Shown here one piece after another: positions 1 to 13,297 of a stretch of DNA of 64,000 nucleotides. The stretch is from contig OX597820.1 in assembly GCA_951406725.2 (NCBI GenBank), positions 68,634,001 through 68,698,000 on the forward strand, read 5' to 3'. The stretch comes from Octopus vulgaris. Taxonomy: Eukaryota. The position numbers and the translations under genes are program-made. Position 1 is the first letter of the stretch. Every line of letters begins with the position of its first letter. The notes below the pieces were generated by a model. It ran no database searches and had not been told where the DNA came from. It worked only from the letters and a program-made list of their open reading frames with translations.

Positions 1-984
1 TCAACAGGTATTTTATCGAATGTGGCTTAAAATTTTTAAAGGGCGCGTGGGTGTAAAGAGACGTTATGAGGTGTAAGCTGGGGTTCTTTCCGCAGAATGT
101 TGGTGAAGTGGTTATTGAGACAATGATGTGAACGATTCTTTCTTGTCATCTTACGGGTTGCTGATTTGGAGACATAAGGTGAAATCAACCCTGTACCTGA
201 TTAGTATTGATTTCATAAGGATTATATGCAAATTTAACGTCGTTGGAATTTGAACTACGATCAAATTAACGAGAATCGTCAAATATTTTCTCGTTGCTTT
301 AATGACAATTAGAACGTTGGAGAGTATTCCCCAATTGTGGAACATTTTTTATTGTGTAAAACAAATATTTTACGTAGATTTGATTACTGACAAGTATATC
401 GTAAGTATATTTACTTTGAAAATCTACACGCAATTCTTGAAACCAAATTAAAATTTCCTCTATTTAACACAGCTGAACAGACAAAACAAACTGTTCGGAA
501 AGAGTCAACGGAAACATTTGTACGGAAACGTCAGCTACCAATCTAAGATAGTTTATTACATGTTGTGCAACGTTCAACTATTTGTACACAATCATACATC
601 TGGCCTGGAGGGGAGGTGTTACGAAGCTGATAACCACAAAAAATGACTAAAACAGAAACGTATTCACCTCTAGCTAATTCAAACAAAAGAAGGTTGCGAC
701 GATATCCGCAAGTACATTTACTTTGGAAATAAAAACTGAATTTTGTGCTGTAACACGAGGAAAGGACAAGTAATGTTGTGAATAACTAATACAATAGTAA
801 TTCCAATAAGAACTGTAACAAGAGGGTTACGTAATACAACAGCAGATAAATAAATAAGCAAACAATCGAATCTGAATGAAAACAACATGATCAACAATGA
901 AAGCTATAGCAAACAGTTGACAATGCTAATATATGTTCTCAACACATAGTGAACTATTGGACAGCCAGCATTTTATTCCTTTTT

Positions 985-1110
985 CCTTTTCGTGTTTCAA
1001 CCAATAGACTGAACCATGCTGGAGTAGAGCCTTCGATGAATTTCAGTTGATAATCTTGTGGCCAGGATCATGTTTGTTATTCATTTCTTTGCTCTTTTAC
1101 CATAAGTTAT
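985..1110 (-). mobile_element. Decayed 3' fragment of SINE family A
   Basis: gtttcaaccaatagactgaaccatgctggag resembles the reverse complement of the family A tail (ctccagcatggccgcagtcaaatgactgaaac). Confidence 0.5.
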
Positions 1111-1180
1111 GCAAGACTTAAACAAAAATAAAAAATGTAATCGGTCTTAACGCGCGTGCACGCACACACACACAAAGGTA

Positions 1181-1770
1181 TTGGGTTGTCCGGAAAGTTC
1201 ATGCCGATTTTTAAAGGAAAGAAAAAGGTCAATAAATACTTGCCATTACATTTTTGATCGACCAAATATGAAACATTTTGTTGCACAATGCGTCTCCATC
1301 TTTCCATTAACTTGAAAATACCCTCTTCCCAGAATTGAGGTGGTTTCATGGCAAATAATTCATCAAGGTATCTTTTTACGTCATCCAAGGAATTGAAATA
1401 TTTACCATTAAGACTATTCTGCAGAGACCTGAATAAGTGGAAATCCGAAGGAGCAATATCTGGTGAATATGGAGAGTGGGGTAACACATCCCAGCAGAGC
1501 TGCAGCAGTTTTTGTCTGGTTCCTAAAGCAACAAGTGCCGAAAATGAACTTTCTTATCTTCCATTTTAAAGGGTTACAGAATTAACACAGGTTATAGGAG
1601 CATAAACCTTCTTGCACGAAAAGATAGCTTAAACTGTGTTCTAAATGGAGGTGTAGTCAAATCTTATTCTATGGACTCAACTAGTTGGAATGGACTCAAT
1701 CCATTTTATGGACTCAACCAGTTGAAATGTAAGCTACTATAAATCGGAATGAACTTTCCGGATAACCCAA
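1181..1770 (-). mobile_element. Internally deleted mariner (Tc1/mariner) element, 590 bp
   Basis: 30-bp TIRs at 1181-1210 (ttgggttgtccggaaagttcatgccgattt) and 1741-1770, 28/30 identical. TA on both flanks (1179-1180, 1771-1772). Transposase remnants inside. Confidence 0.95.
1256..1564 (-). pseudogene. Mariner transposase remnant (N-terminus fused out of frame to the C-terminal catalytic part)
   Basis: ATG at 1564 reads MEDKKVHFRHLLL. A different frame then gives TRQKLLQLCWDVLPHSPYSPDIAPSDFHLFRSLQNSL...GIFKLMERW, the mariner YSPDLAPSD motif. Confidence 0.9.
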
Positions 1771-1777
1771 TACATAT

Positions 1778-1779
<2 letters not shown>

Positions 1780-1838
<59 letters not shown>
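1780..1838. repeat. (CA)n microsatellite
   Basis: Direct reading. Confidence 0.95.
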
Positions 1839-1843
<5 letters not shown>

Positions 1844-2393
1844 GATGTTTAACCCTCTCTTTCTATATTTATGTATATGATATATATGATGATTGCTGTG
1901 TCTTAACATATGAGTGTCGCCGCCTCTTGCTTGCTCGTTATCGATGTGATCACTGACTTGTCATCCGTGGTCACTCAGATGACTACAGAGTCCCGTTGCA
2001 ACTCTGCATTGTTTAAAGTATAGGGGGCTGACGAAAGTTGCAACTTACCGTACGCTTCTAGCTGGATAGACTTACATAATTCATCACTCCTGCATTGTTA
2101 TAGGACTTTCAGTGGACGGAAAAACAAAAGAGCTCACCATAAAGAGACATAAAGAGTGAAAACCGCTTGTACAACACAGTTCCACACTCTGAGGCTCCAT
2201 GATTAGTATCTAAAGACAGGCCGAAGTGAGATGACCAGTAAGCATGTCAAACTGCAGGTTTTATGTCAATGTCCCCCTCCGAGAAGGGAAGTATGATAAC
2301 AATTAGGAAACCATCACTCTCTGTGAATTTATTGCGGGTATGCTCAACAACCGAAGATATCATAAATATGTGAACTAATTACACATACATATA

Positions 2394-2760
2394 GGCACAG
2401 GAGTGGCTGTGTGGTAAGTAGCTTTCTTACCAATAACATGGTTCTGGGTTCAGTCCCACTGCATGGCACCTTGGGCAGGTGTCTTCTACTATAGCCTCGG
2501 GCCAACCAAAGCCTTGTGTGTGGATTTGGTAGACGGAAACTGAAAGAAGCCCGTTCGTATATACATATATGTGTGTGTGTATCTTTGTTCCCCCTACATT
2601 GCTTGACAACCGACGTTGGTGTGTTTACGTACCCGTAACTCAGCGGTTCAGAAAAAGAGACTGATAGAATAAGTACTAGCTTACTAAGAATAATTCCTGG
2701 GGTCGATTTGATCGACTAAAGGCGGTGCTCCACCAGCATGGCCGCAGCCAAATGACTGAA
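2394..2760 (+). mobile_element. tRNA-derived SINE family A, full length
   Basis: A-box-like tggctgtgtgg, B-box-like ggttcagtccc, central (TA)/(TG) tract, tail ggcggtgctcc...gcatggccgcag. Matches copies at 15836, 35591, 41662 and 61008. Confidence 0.9.
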
Positions 2761-2765
2761 AAAAA

Positions 2766-3180
2766 TCATTGGACTGTGGCTATGTCGGTGCACCAACTTA
2801 AATTGTTTAATCGAACAAATTGATACCAGTGCTTATTTTTAAGCTGGGCATTCATTCTATCAGGATCTTTTGCCGATCGTCTAAGTTAGGGAGAGGTAAA
2901 CAGATCAATACTTATTGTCAAGCGGAGGCGATATTAGATAGAAGCAAGTACAAAACCTCACGCAAATATATACCTACATATACATACACACATGCGCACA
3001 CATATATGCATATACTTCTGGCTTCCACGAAGTTTCCACTTATCAAATTCACTCACAATATAGTGGCCGGTCGAGGGCTGCTAAAGTTAAAGAAACTTGC
3101 CTAAGGTACTGCGCAGTGGGACTGAACTTGAAACTATACAGTTGCAAAGCCTGCTACTTAACGACATAACCAGACCTGTG
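2766..3180 (-). mobile_element. SINE family A, older diverged copy, tail-to-tail with the 2394-2760 copy
   Basis: Reverse-complement matches to the tail (tcattggactgtggctatg), body (tttgccga..ctaagtta) and head (ttgcctaaggtactgcgcagtgggactgaac). Confidence 0.75.
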
Positions 3181-3747
3181 AATCTATTCTTAGGGGAAGA
3201 CTTCAAAATACAGATTTCTTTTTTAACAAGCCTAGTATGTCGTAACAAATCCAATACCTTTTCATTTATTTCATTTTAAACACTGTTTACGCCTATTTTA
3301 TGGATCTCTGTTTATTTCGAGCCACAATGCCTAGGCTCGGGTGCCCTAAAATGTACGAATTACATGTCAAATTTCAATCAAATCATTTTTATCATTTTTT
3401 GAAGGGATTCACAGGATTGTGTGGCCCATTGCTGAAGACATAAAATATATGTAAAAGGAAAACAAGAAAAGAAAACAAAAAGGTGGTTACCGTTGATTTA
3501 CCTTTCACCATAGGGGGTTGATGAAGTCTGACATGTGGCTACAGAACAACCATAACAACAACCTGTGTTTCCAAATATACCATTTATGGAACAGCATGGT
3601 TCAGCTTTTCCAGATTGATTTGCCTCTGACATTCCACATGAAGTCAATCATTACGGGTGACCCCACTCCTGCTGTGTGTTTCAGGAATTTTCATGAGCAT
3701 CACATTTATATTATCTGACACGGGAAAATTAGATCCTTGGATAAAAC

Positions 3748-3749
<2 letters not shown>

Positions 3750-3798
<49 letters not shown>
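3750..3798. repeat. (CTA)n microsatellite
   Basis: Direct reading. Confidence 0.95.
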
Positions 3799-5945
3799 AA
3801 AGTTGTTGCATTAGTTCACTGTCATTTCAACTGATATGTGGGATGTACATTTTATAATAAAAGTTATATTCGGTACAATTGTCGTAGGTAAATTAAAACT
3901 ACCATTTTTTTCTTCAAAATCACTCAACAAGCATGAAAAGATACTTGATTCAACATAACTTATTTGACATTAGAATAAACTTATAATTTCTATACATGTT
4001 TTTACTGAATGTCTGTAGAAAGCACCGCCATGATTTGTAAGTGAAAGAGTGAAGCAAATAGGAAATACCATCTGGCAATGTTAAAAAGCGCATTGAATTG
4101 GAATTATATTTTATTCATGAAACCACATTTTGATAAAAGTATATAAAACTTTGAATTTTTAAAGAATTTTCTACACAGTCGACACTTTAATAATTGCTTT
4201 CGTTTAATAAAATTTACATATTTCAAACTAATTAATAGGCATATTTCTTTATTTTATCACTAACGTAGGCAGAATTACACAAGCAAATAGAAACAGGGAA
4301 TGAGGTTGTGAACGATGTTTTCTAGTGGTGAAATGGTACGGATAAATACAGATTAGAAGTTTCGCATATACTCGGCTCACTTCTATGTTCATCGTTGGTT
4401 TCACTCAATATCAGAGACTAAATTCTGTTGAAAATTAACATATTTTTCACTGAGTTATGAATATCAAAAATGTTCAACAAAAGAGTACAAGAATTTGTAC
4501 TCTTTAATATAGAGCGATTGTCATAGCAGAGGTTGAGTAAAGCAGGTAAATGCCTATCAAGACACCTGTATTATCGGTTGTTTTGCTGTTCACTCTCAGT
4601 TCATTTCTCATGGAGCAAACCCATAAAAACACCGTTCTATGGTTCTGGATAGACAGTATGTTTTCCTAGCCAAAGACCGTACAATACTTAGAATATGCTC
4701 TAATATCTAGTGAATCATCGCGACAGTTTCAACTTTTTTCCATTGTTGGTAACCTTTAAGATCGTTGTTTTAATTCAACCCCAGATCATAGTATGATGAA
4801 ACACACCTGCGACTAGTTGCATTTTAGCGGGGCCATCTTATCTCCCTACACATATGCAGGATTACATTATTTGATATACCTTTTTCTTGTGTTAAATGAC
4901 AAATTGTGATTTGAGGTTTTGGATGCTTTTCCCACAGTTAGCTGCTTCTAAATAGCAATGGAAACATAAAATACCGTGCAAATCTTTGGAAGGTGTAGTA
5001 CGTTCGTGTCACATACTTATAAAAAGAGGTCTTTGGGATTTGATTTTTATACAATCCTGCATTAATTAGTCACAATTTGCAAACACGAACTTGTAAGAAG
5101 TATCAATCTTTTGAAAATCTCGAGATTTATAATTATATTAAATTTAACACGATGTAACTTTTAAAATATATTACACTTGTTTTACTATACTAAGTGCAAA
5201 ATGGGCAGAATACATACAAAGACTTTGTAGATATAAAAACTGCTTCAATAGAAGTTTATTGTTGTGCACCTTCAGAAGGTAACTATAAGTATATGATACA
5301 AAGAATATTTATGGCTTTGTCCATGATGCAAATAAAAACGGCTATTTAAATATATCCTTTGTCTAAGTAATACTAATGCATTTATGTAAAATAATTCTCA
5401 CTCCATCGGGAAATTTAGGGTTCAAAATATTTAACGTTATATAAGATTGACAGGTTCTGATGTTTCGCGTCACAAATTGTTGTTGGTATGTGTTTATATG
5501 CCTTGATAACATTGGTTTAAAAGCCAGTGGGAATATTGCTTACTTTTACAAGATATTTAAATATAAATCACTTTAAGGCTTCAGGCAAAATCTGTAGATT
5601 GTATACATATACATATATATGATTAAAAGTAGGCCTATGCATATATGTTAATTGCATTGTTTATATCGGTCTGTCAATATAATTTTATCTATCTATCAAT
5701 CTACCTTGGCAAATAGACATAAACACAACGAGAGAAATGCACATACGAAAACACACACAGACACACACACACACACGCACGCACAAACACATATGCGTAC
5801 GTGCTTGTATGTGCGAGTGTGCATGTGTGTTTTTGTAAGTATGTGTACAAATAAGAAAGTGAAGTACTCAAGATATGTTTGTTAGTGATTTATAAACCGT
5901 TGTATTGATGGAGTAAAATGTCAGATATATTCAAATTAATATATC

Positions 5946-5994
<49 letters not shown>

Positions 5995-5996
5995 GC

Positions 5997-6046
<50 letters not shown>

Positions 6047-6048
<2 letters not shown>

Positions 6049-6220
6049 TATCCTCTCGGTAGGAAACACGGATGCGGTCGGTCAGTGGCGTCGAACTCCC
6101 TTGTTGACCAGGTGCCACGTATCAGGCGTGGTTTCACATACTAGTGTAGCACAGACAACGGTGGTGCCCCAGCATGGCCGCAGCTTTCGGGCTTGAACAT
6201 TTTGAAGGATTTAAGGATTC
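6047..6220 (+). mobile_element. 5'-truncated retroposon 3' end sharing the family A tail, inserted in (TA)n
   Basis: GC-rich ~170-bp island between TA tracts, ending ggtggtgccccagcatggccgcagc...gaacattttgaaggatttaaggat. Confidence 0.6.
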
Positions 6221-6381
6221 ATATATATATATGTGTATGTATGTATCTGTGAACATGTTTGTGTGTGTGATCGCCCTTTTGTGTGCGAGTATATGTGTAT
6301 GCGGGTGTACTGCGATTAATTCGTTCTCACTTACCTTAAGTACACACACGCACGCGTTCAGACACAATCCAACATACACGG

Positions 6382-6429
<48 letters not shown>

Positions 6430-6850
6430 ACGCACACAACTTTAGGTACGATCAGATGTACCTTGTGATTTAGTATGTAAACATTTTCGTACCTTCAGTT
6501 TAACATATGGTTAAGTATGATAGTATGATTACCTGTGTTTCGTAATGTATTTGCGTTCTGTACATTCAACACACACATAAACAAAACACGCACACACATA
6601 CACATACACATACACAAACTAACACTAACACACACACACTCACACACTAAGAAAAATTACTCACAAACGCACAAACATTATTTATATATAAATATACATA
6701 ATGTGGAAAGTAAACTAATATCTGTGTCATATTTACAAATGGAATATATAGAAAAATGTGTTTGTACCTGCATGTCTGTCTGTCTGTCTGTCTGTATGCT
6801 CATCAATGTATGTATCCATTTATCCGGTATATATATATATATATATATAT

Positions 6851-6897
<47 letters not shown>

Positions 6898-7208
6898 CAT
6901 TTATATCTATATTATATATATATGTGTATGTATGTATATATATATATATATAAATATATAAATATATATATACATATAATTATATGAAAATATTTATATG
7001 TATATGTATATTATATATATGTATATATGTATATATGTATGTGTGTATATATATATATACATATATATATATATACAGAATCTATAAATATATAAATTCA
7101 GTATTCAATATATTCTTATTCAATATATTCACCTAAAGATTTATATATATATATACACATGTATATATATATTTATTTATATATATGTATATATGCATGT
7201 ATATATAT

Positions 7209-7275
<67 letters not shown>

Positions 7276-7327
7276 GATATAGATATATGTATATGTATAT
7301 ATATGTATATATATAGATATAGATATA

Positions 7328-7367
<40 letters not shown>

Positions 7368-8445
7368 GAGAGAGAGAGATAGATACATACATACATAGAT
7401 AGATATATATCAGAATAGATATAATATATATATATATGCATATATTTACGTATTTCTGTATATGTGTATGTGCATATCAATAATATCCACACATATATCT
7501 ATTTCTCTGTGTGTGTACGTGTGTATGTGTGTGTGTGTGTGTGTGTGTACATATGTGTGTATATTATCAACAAATAGCCTTACACCTTTATACCAGGTAT
7601 AGTTATTTGTATAGCTTCACATTTTATATAACAGAAGCAAATATACATTCTACTAATATTTTAGATTACGTTATCATATTACAAACCACAAACGTAGTAG
7701 ACATGTATTATGATTCCATGAAAGTGTGTATGAACCAGTGTGTATGCATATATGTGTGTGATTTTGTGATTTTTTCTATGATGGTAAATATGAGTGTAAA
7801 TGTATGTTAGGACAGAAAACATTTCTGCGTCTTCACCTAATTTTCTTTTGTTCTGTTATTTTTGCGATAAGTCAGATGTCACACACTAAAATAATGTACC
7901 ATAATACCTACATAGTATACAGATAGCAACTGTATTATTTTCAAAAACAAATTTGATAAAGGATTATTCAAAATATTAACAATATTAAACGTTAAATATA
8001 TAACAGATTTGAGATAATGGAGAAAATCTACTTTGTTATGTTTAATGTTTAAAAAATAATTCATTAAACGAAAAAATTGTATAAATCACATGAAAGTGTA
8101 TGCATATATCCTATTTATGTACATGAAATAACTACTTTCCTGATTATGTGTCAGTCTGTGTGTCTGTCTGCCTCTCTGTATAAACCTGCTGAAAGAAGGA
8201 ACAAAATAGTTTGGGCACTCATACAGAATCACATAAACGTAAGTAGACACGCACACACAAACAGACTCACATACACACGTATAGAAAACAAGAACCATGT
8301 CTCTGAAAAGCATGTACCTTTATATGTGTATGTAATTGAGGTTTATACCTATATGTAAGTAGGTTTGAATGTATACACGAATAAATCTGAATACACACAC
8401 ACACACACGCATATATTTATATATATATATATATACATATATATA

Positions 8446-8530
8446 AACATGTATCAGATGGTGGTATTAAGTTAGACATGGCCTGGACCAATCTTTGGTC
8501 GAAACATATGTAAGTTTTATCTAAGTTTTG
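8446..8530 (+). mobile_element. Penelope-like repeat fragment with the 3' half of a hammerhead motif
   Basis: gacca-atctt-tggtc (stem II), GAAA, palindromic ACATATGT, A at 8486-8512. CUGANGA absent. Flanked by (TA)n. Confidence 0.45.
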
Positions 8531-8578
<48 letters not shown>

Positions 8579-8591
8579 TGTATATATATGT

Positions 8592-8648
<57 letters not shown>

Positions 8649-8753
8649 TGACAGTAAATGAGAATGCATGTATATACATACATATATACATACATACATA
8701 TATATATATATATGTATATTTATATATATATAGTAATAAATGTATGCACGTGT

Positions 8754-8822
<69 letters not shown>

Positions 8823-9013
8823 AGTGTATTACAGTGCGCAAAAACCTGTAAGTGTAGATATATTGTTGGGCATGCATATACACACATATAAATATGCTCA
8901 CACATATATGTGTGATTATATTTATATGTATGTATAAGCACGTATTCATGTATGCATAATCATGACAAAATACAGGTACATGAATACAGAAATATAAATA
9001 TATAATATATATG

Positions 9014-9067
<54 letters not shown>

Positions 9068-9132
9068 TTTTTAAATTTTATTTAATTTTATCTAGTTTCT
9101 GCTCAAAGGCTGTGGCTATGCTGGGACAACGC

Positions 9133-9164
<32 letters not shown>

Positions 9165-9363
9165 CAGATACAAAAGTGTGCACATGCGTATACACACACT
9201 CACTAACACACTTACACAGAGTGGCACACATGTGTGCATAATTCACTCACTATCATTTTATATACCTATCGATCTGTGTGTGTGTGTCTGTCTATGTATC
9301 TATATATCTATCTGTCTATCTACCTACCTCCGAATCCATCTATGTATCTATCACTCTAATTAT

Positions 9364-9400
<37 letters not shown>

Positions 9401-9586
9401 ATATATGTATGTATATATATATATATTTATATATATATATGTGTGTGTGTATATTGTATATATGAATGTATATATATAAATATATACATATATACGTGTA
9501 CTTATATATATATATATACATATATATATATGTACATATATACATATATACATACATGTATGTCTATATATAAATATATATATGTC

Positions 9587-9617
<31 letters not shown>

Positions 9618-10262
9618 GTATGTATATATATATATATATATATTTAAATATATATGTATATATATATATATTTAAATATATATGTATATATATATATATA
9701 TATACTTATATATAAATGTGCGTGTGTGTTAGTGTATTATTATTGTTTGTGCCAGTTCATCGGTCTGAGATTGTATGTATGTATGTATATATATCAATCT
9801 AGGAGTGTATGTGAAGTTTCCATGTGTATGCGTGCGCACCTGAATATCTTGAAATGTGTATTACAGTAGAAAAGAATTCACTTAAATAGCGAACAATTCT
9901 CTTAAATAACGGTACAATATTAGCATATTTGAAATATGCATCAAGAAAATACATATTTATGTACTTTATTGACAGTCCTTTAGTTTTACATTTAAGCATA
10001 CGACAATTAGATTTACAATATAATAGGTATAAATTTTGCATAAGTGTTTTTCAAATATACAGAAGGAGGACTTGCTTAGGATTATAGTGGCACAAACTCG
10101 TAGAAAAAACATATACCACCCATAATACACATATTTATATATATATATATATGTATGTATATATGAATATGCACATTATTTATTGATATATATATATATA
10201 TATGAATATGCACATTATTTATTGATATATATATATATATATATGAATATGCACATTATTTA

Positions 10263-10320
<58 letters not shown>

Positions 10321-10987
10321 TATACACACATACTCATATTTATATGTACACATACAAAGTATGTACATTGATATATTTATAATTCTATATCTATCTAAAA
10401 AAAAAATATATATATATAGATAGATAGATTGATAGCTAGATAGATAGATAGATGTACAAATACATACATATATACTTACATACATACATGCATGCGTACA
10501 TACATACATACATAAATACATACATACACACATATACATATATATGTATATATGTATGTATATATATATGTGTGTGTGTGTATATGTAGTTGCATGTGTG
10601 TGTATAGTAGTTGCAAAATTATATAATCAATGTTAATTGAATTTACATATGTTACATACATCTTAGAATATTTCTTAGTGTATCTGTTCGCATTGCATAT
10701 ATATAAATGTGTGTGTGTGTGTGTGTGTGTCTGTGTGTGCGTGTGTGTGTGTGTATCAGTGTGAATATATATGCGTACGCATGGGATGCGTGGAATTTCT
10801 GTATGTTTATGTATGTATATGTGTGTGGGAGCGTGCATGTGAGTAACTTTATATATATATATATACATGTATGTAAGTGTGTGTATGCATACATCTATAT
10901 GTATGTATGTATCTATGTATGCATATATAAATATATGTATATATATATATACATATATATATATACATATACAAACACATATATTAA

Positions 10988-11054
<67 letters not shown>

Positions 11055-11154
11055 GACACATATATGTATGCATATATAAGTATATGCATATATATATATA
11101 CATATATATTTCTATATATGTGTATATATATATATCGCTATATATGTGTGTATG

Positions 11155-11192
<38 letters not shown>

Positions 11193-11298
11193 TCTGCCTC
11201 TTTGTCTGTCATATAATAATGTAAAAAAATATATGTATATATACATATATGCATACATGTACATACTTACATATATATGTATATACACAAACATATAT

Positions 11299-11478
11299 GG
11301 GTACAGGACGTCAAAACGTGTAAACAAGATCAAAATGGGGAACATGAATTACAACATGGAAAACGAACTTTTGTTGGAAACAACGAAAGAAACAAATAGA
11401 AAAACAACTGAAGCAACATAAATAACAGTTCCTTCACCAGTTGTACACTGTTTTGTCTACTCCGCATTTCGAGCACGA
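11299..11478 (-). mobile_element. Unclassified interspersed repeat, same family as 12528-13075
   Basis: Shares gtacaggacgtca..aaacg..aaacaa and ttca.cagttgt...tctac.cc.catttcgagca with 12528-12657. Confidence 0.6.
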
Positions 11479-11479
11479 A

Positions 11480-11590
11480 GTTAGTTACAGATGGAATAAG
11501 TACAAGGCTTACAAAGAATAACTCCTGGGGTCGATTTGTTTGTCTAAAGGGTGTGCTCCTGTATGACCGCAGTCAAATGACTGAAACAAC
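11480..11590 (+). mobile_element. SINE family A 3' fragment
   Basis: gaataagtacaaggcttacaaagaataactcctggggtcgattt...gcagtcaaatgactgaaac. Confidence 0.85.
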
Positions 11591-11774
11591 GAATGAAGCA
11601 AGCACATATATGTATATATATATACAGGTTATGAGAGGTAATGCTTTCAAGAAGACCCAATGGTGTCAGGTAATGCTGAGTAAGTGCTATGGACACACTA
11701 TATTTAAGCTCCAGGTTCGATGATTATGAGAATGAGGAGTCCACGTAGGTCATATATCAGCATGTGTATATATA

Positions 11775-12032
11775 AAAACAAATTCAGAATAAGATAAAAA
11801 TCTAAGATTTTAGAACATTATAAATAGAAGGTCTTACATCTGTTTCCGGGATATTTTATATATATCTCTTCATCGGGGTTGGTATAAAGAGTTGGTTAAG
11901 CAATATTTATTTTAGATCACACCGGCTCCGATGAAAGGATCTATATAATATCCCGGAAACAGCTATAAGACCTTCTATTTATAAATGTTCTAAAATCTTT
12001 CACAGCCTTGGATTTGTATCTCATTTTGAAAT
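11775..12032. mobile_element. Head-to-head inverted pair of hammerhead-bearing repeats (Penelope pLTR-like)
   Basis: About 11781-11876 is the reverse complement of about 11928-12031. Each arm reads CCGATGA-A-stem II(gggat..atccc)-GAAA-CAGCTG-TA-AGACC, with one mutation per copy in stem III. Confidence 0.7.
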
Positions 12033-12054
12033 TATATATATATATATATATACG

Positions 12055-12351
12055 TTTAAATATTTGTTGTGCAAAATTTTTTATGTGAAGTCGTGTGTTG
12101 AAACAGATATTGTTATATTTTGGAATGGTCATATTGCCAGTTTAGCCAATAAAGAGAGACACAAATAAGTGAGAAGAAAACAAAGGACCACTGATGCGGT
12201 CACAGGAGTGTGACGAAAGAACTTTGGCCGAAATAAGATTAAGATTAATGTAAAAAATAAATATCACTGAAGCAAAATAACACCAAATATATAGTGCGTG
12301 TGTTTTTATTGGCTAAACTGGCAATATGACCATTCCGAAATATAACAATAT
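12055..12351. mobile_element. Fold-back element: 47-bp inverted repeat enclosing a hammerhead motif
   Basis: 12107-12153 and 12305-12351 are inverted, 46/47 identical. HHR-like gacca-CTGATGC-g-gtcac..gtgac-GAAA-gaac-tt-tggcc at 12186-12229. Confidence 0.7.
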
Positions 12352-12454
12352 ATATATATACATATATATATATATGGATGCGTGGAGTTCAATCACACAC
12401 TAATATAAATAATATATATATATATGGGCATATATACATACTTAAATGTACATA

Positions 12455-12515
<61 letters not shown>

Positions 12516-12527
12516 TTATATTCACAT

Positions 12528-13075
12528 ATCTGTACAGGACGTCACAAAACGTAAACAATATGAAATAAGGAAACATGAAATCCGAAATACGAAAAACAAA
12601 ATGAAATACCACCTTTCATCAGTTGTCGGTTGTATATCTACACCACATTTCGAGCATTTCACGACAATATGTGCCTTCGAGGAAGCAGTTACTCCCGCAA
12701 ACCAAAATAAAGTGTGGGATTTTTAAGAGGGTCAAAGTTGTTAACAAATATAGGACAGGGAAACAAATAGTGAGGGCTGCTAAGCCAGGCGGGCGAAGGA
12801 GTCGAACGCTGACGAACATTCTTTGACAGTAGAAAAGATAGGAGAGAAGGCAGACAAGAATACGCCTGGTCTGTGCAACAGATCGAAAGAAAAGAAAGAT
12901 GAACACGTATGAAGAAAGATTGACGATGGTCACGTATGGGTAAGTAGGAAGAGGGAGAGAGAGTGATAGATAGTGTCAGATAAAAAACGATGAATGGGAG
13001 AAGAATCAGAGAAGGGAAGAGAGAGGGAAACGAAAGAGGAGAGAGAGATAGAGGGAGAAAACAGAACAAAGAGTA
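12528..13075 (-). mobile_element. Unclassified interspersed repeat inserted in (TA)n
   Basis: Homologous to 11299-11478 at its left end; GA-rich right end; bounded by TA tracts. Confidence 0.55.
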
Positions 13076-13238
13076 GCATCAAAATTATTAAGATAAACTT
13101 ATATATATATATATATATAAATATAATAAAAAATATATATGGATACACAGACGTACACACACAAATAGAAGTGTATATGTACATATATAGAGGCACTTAT
13201 GTGTATACTGTTTCTCTCTGTCTCTGTCTGTCTATCTG

Positions 13239-13297
<59 letters not shown>

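Noticed and set aside
1-345. Possible decayed ORF (SNEKIFDD, loosely PLE-like)
   Set aside because: Multiple stops, and the similarity is too short to support.
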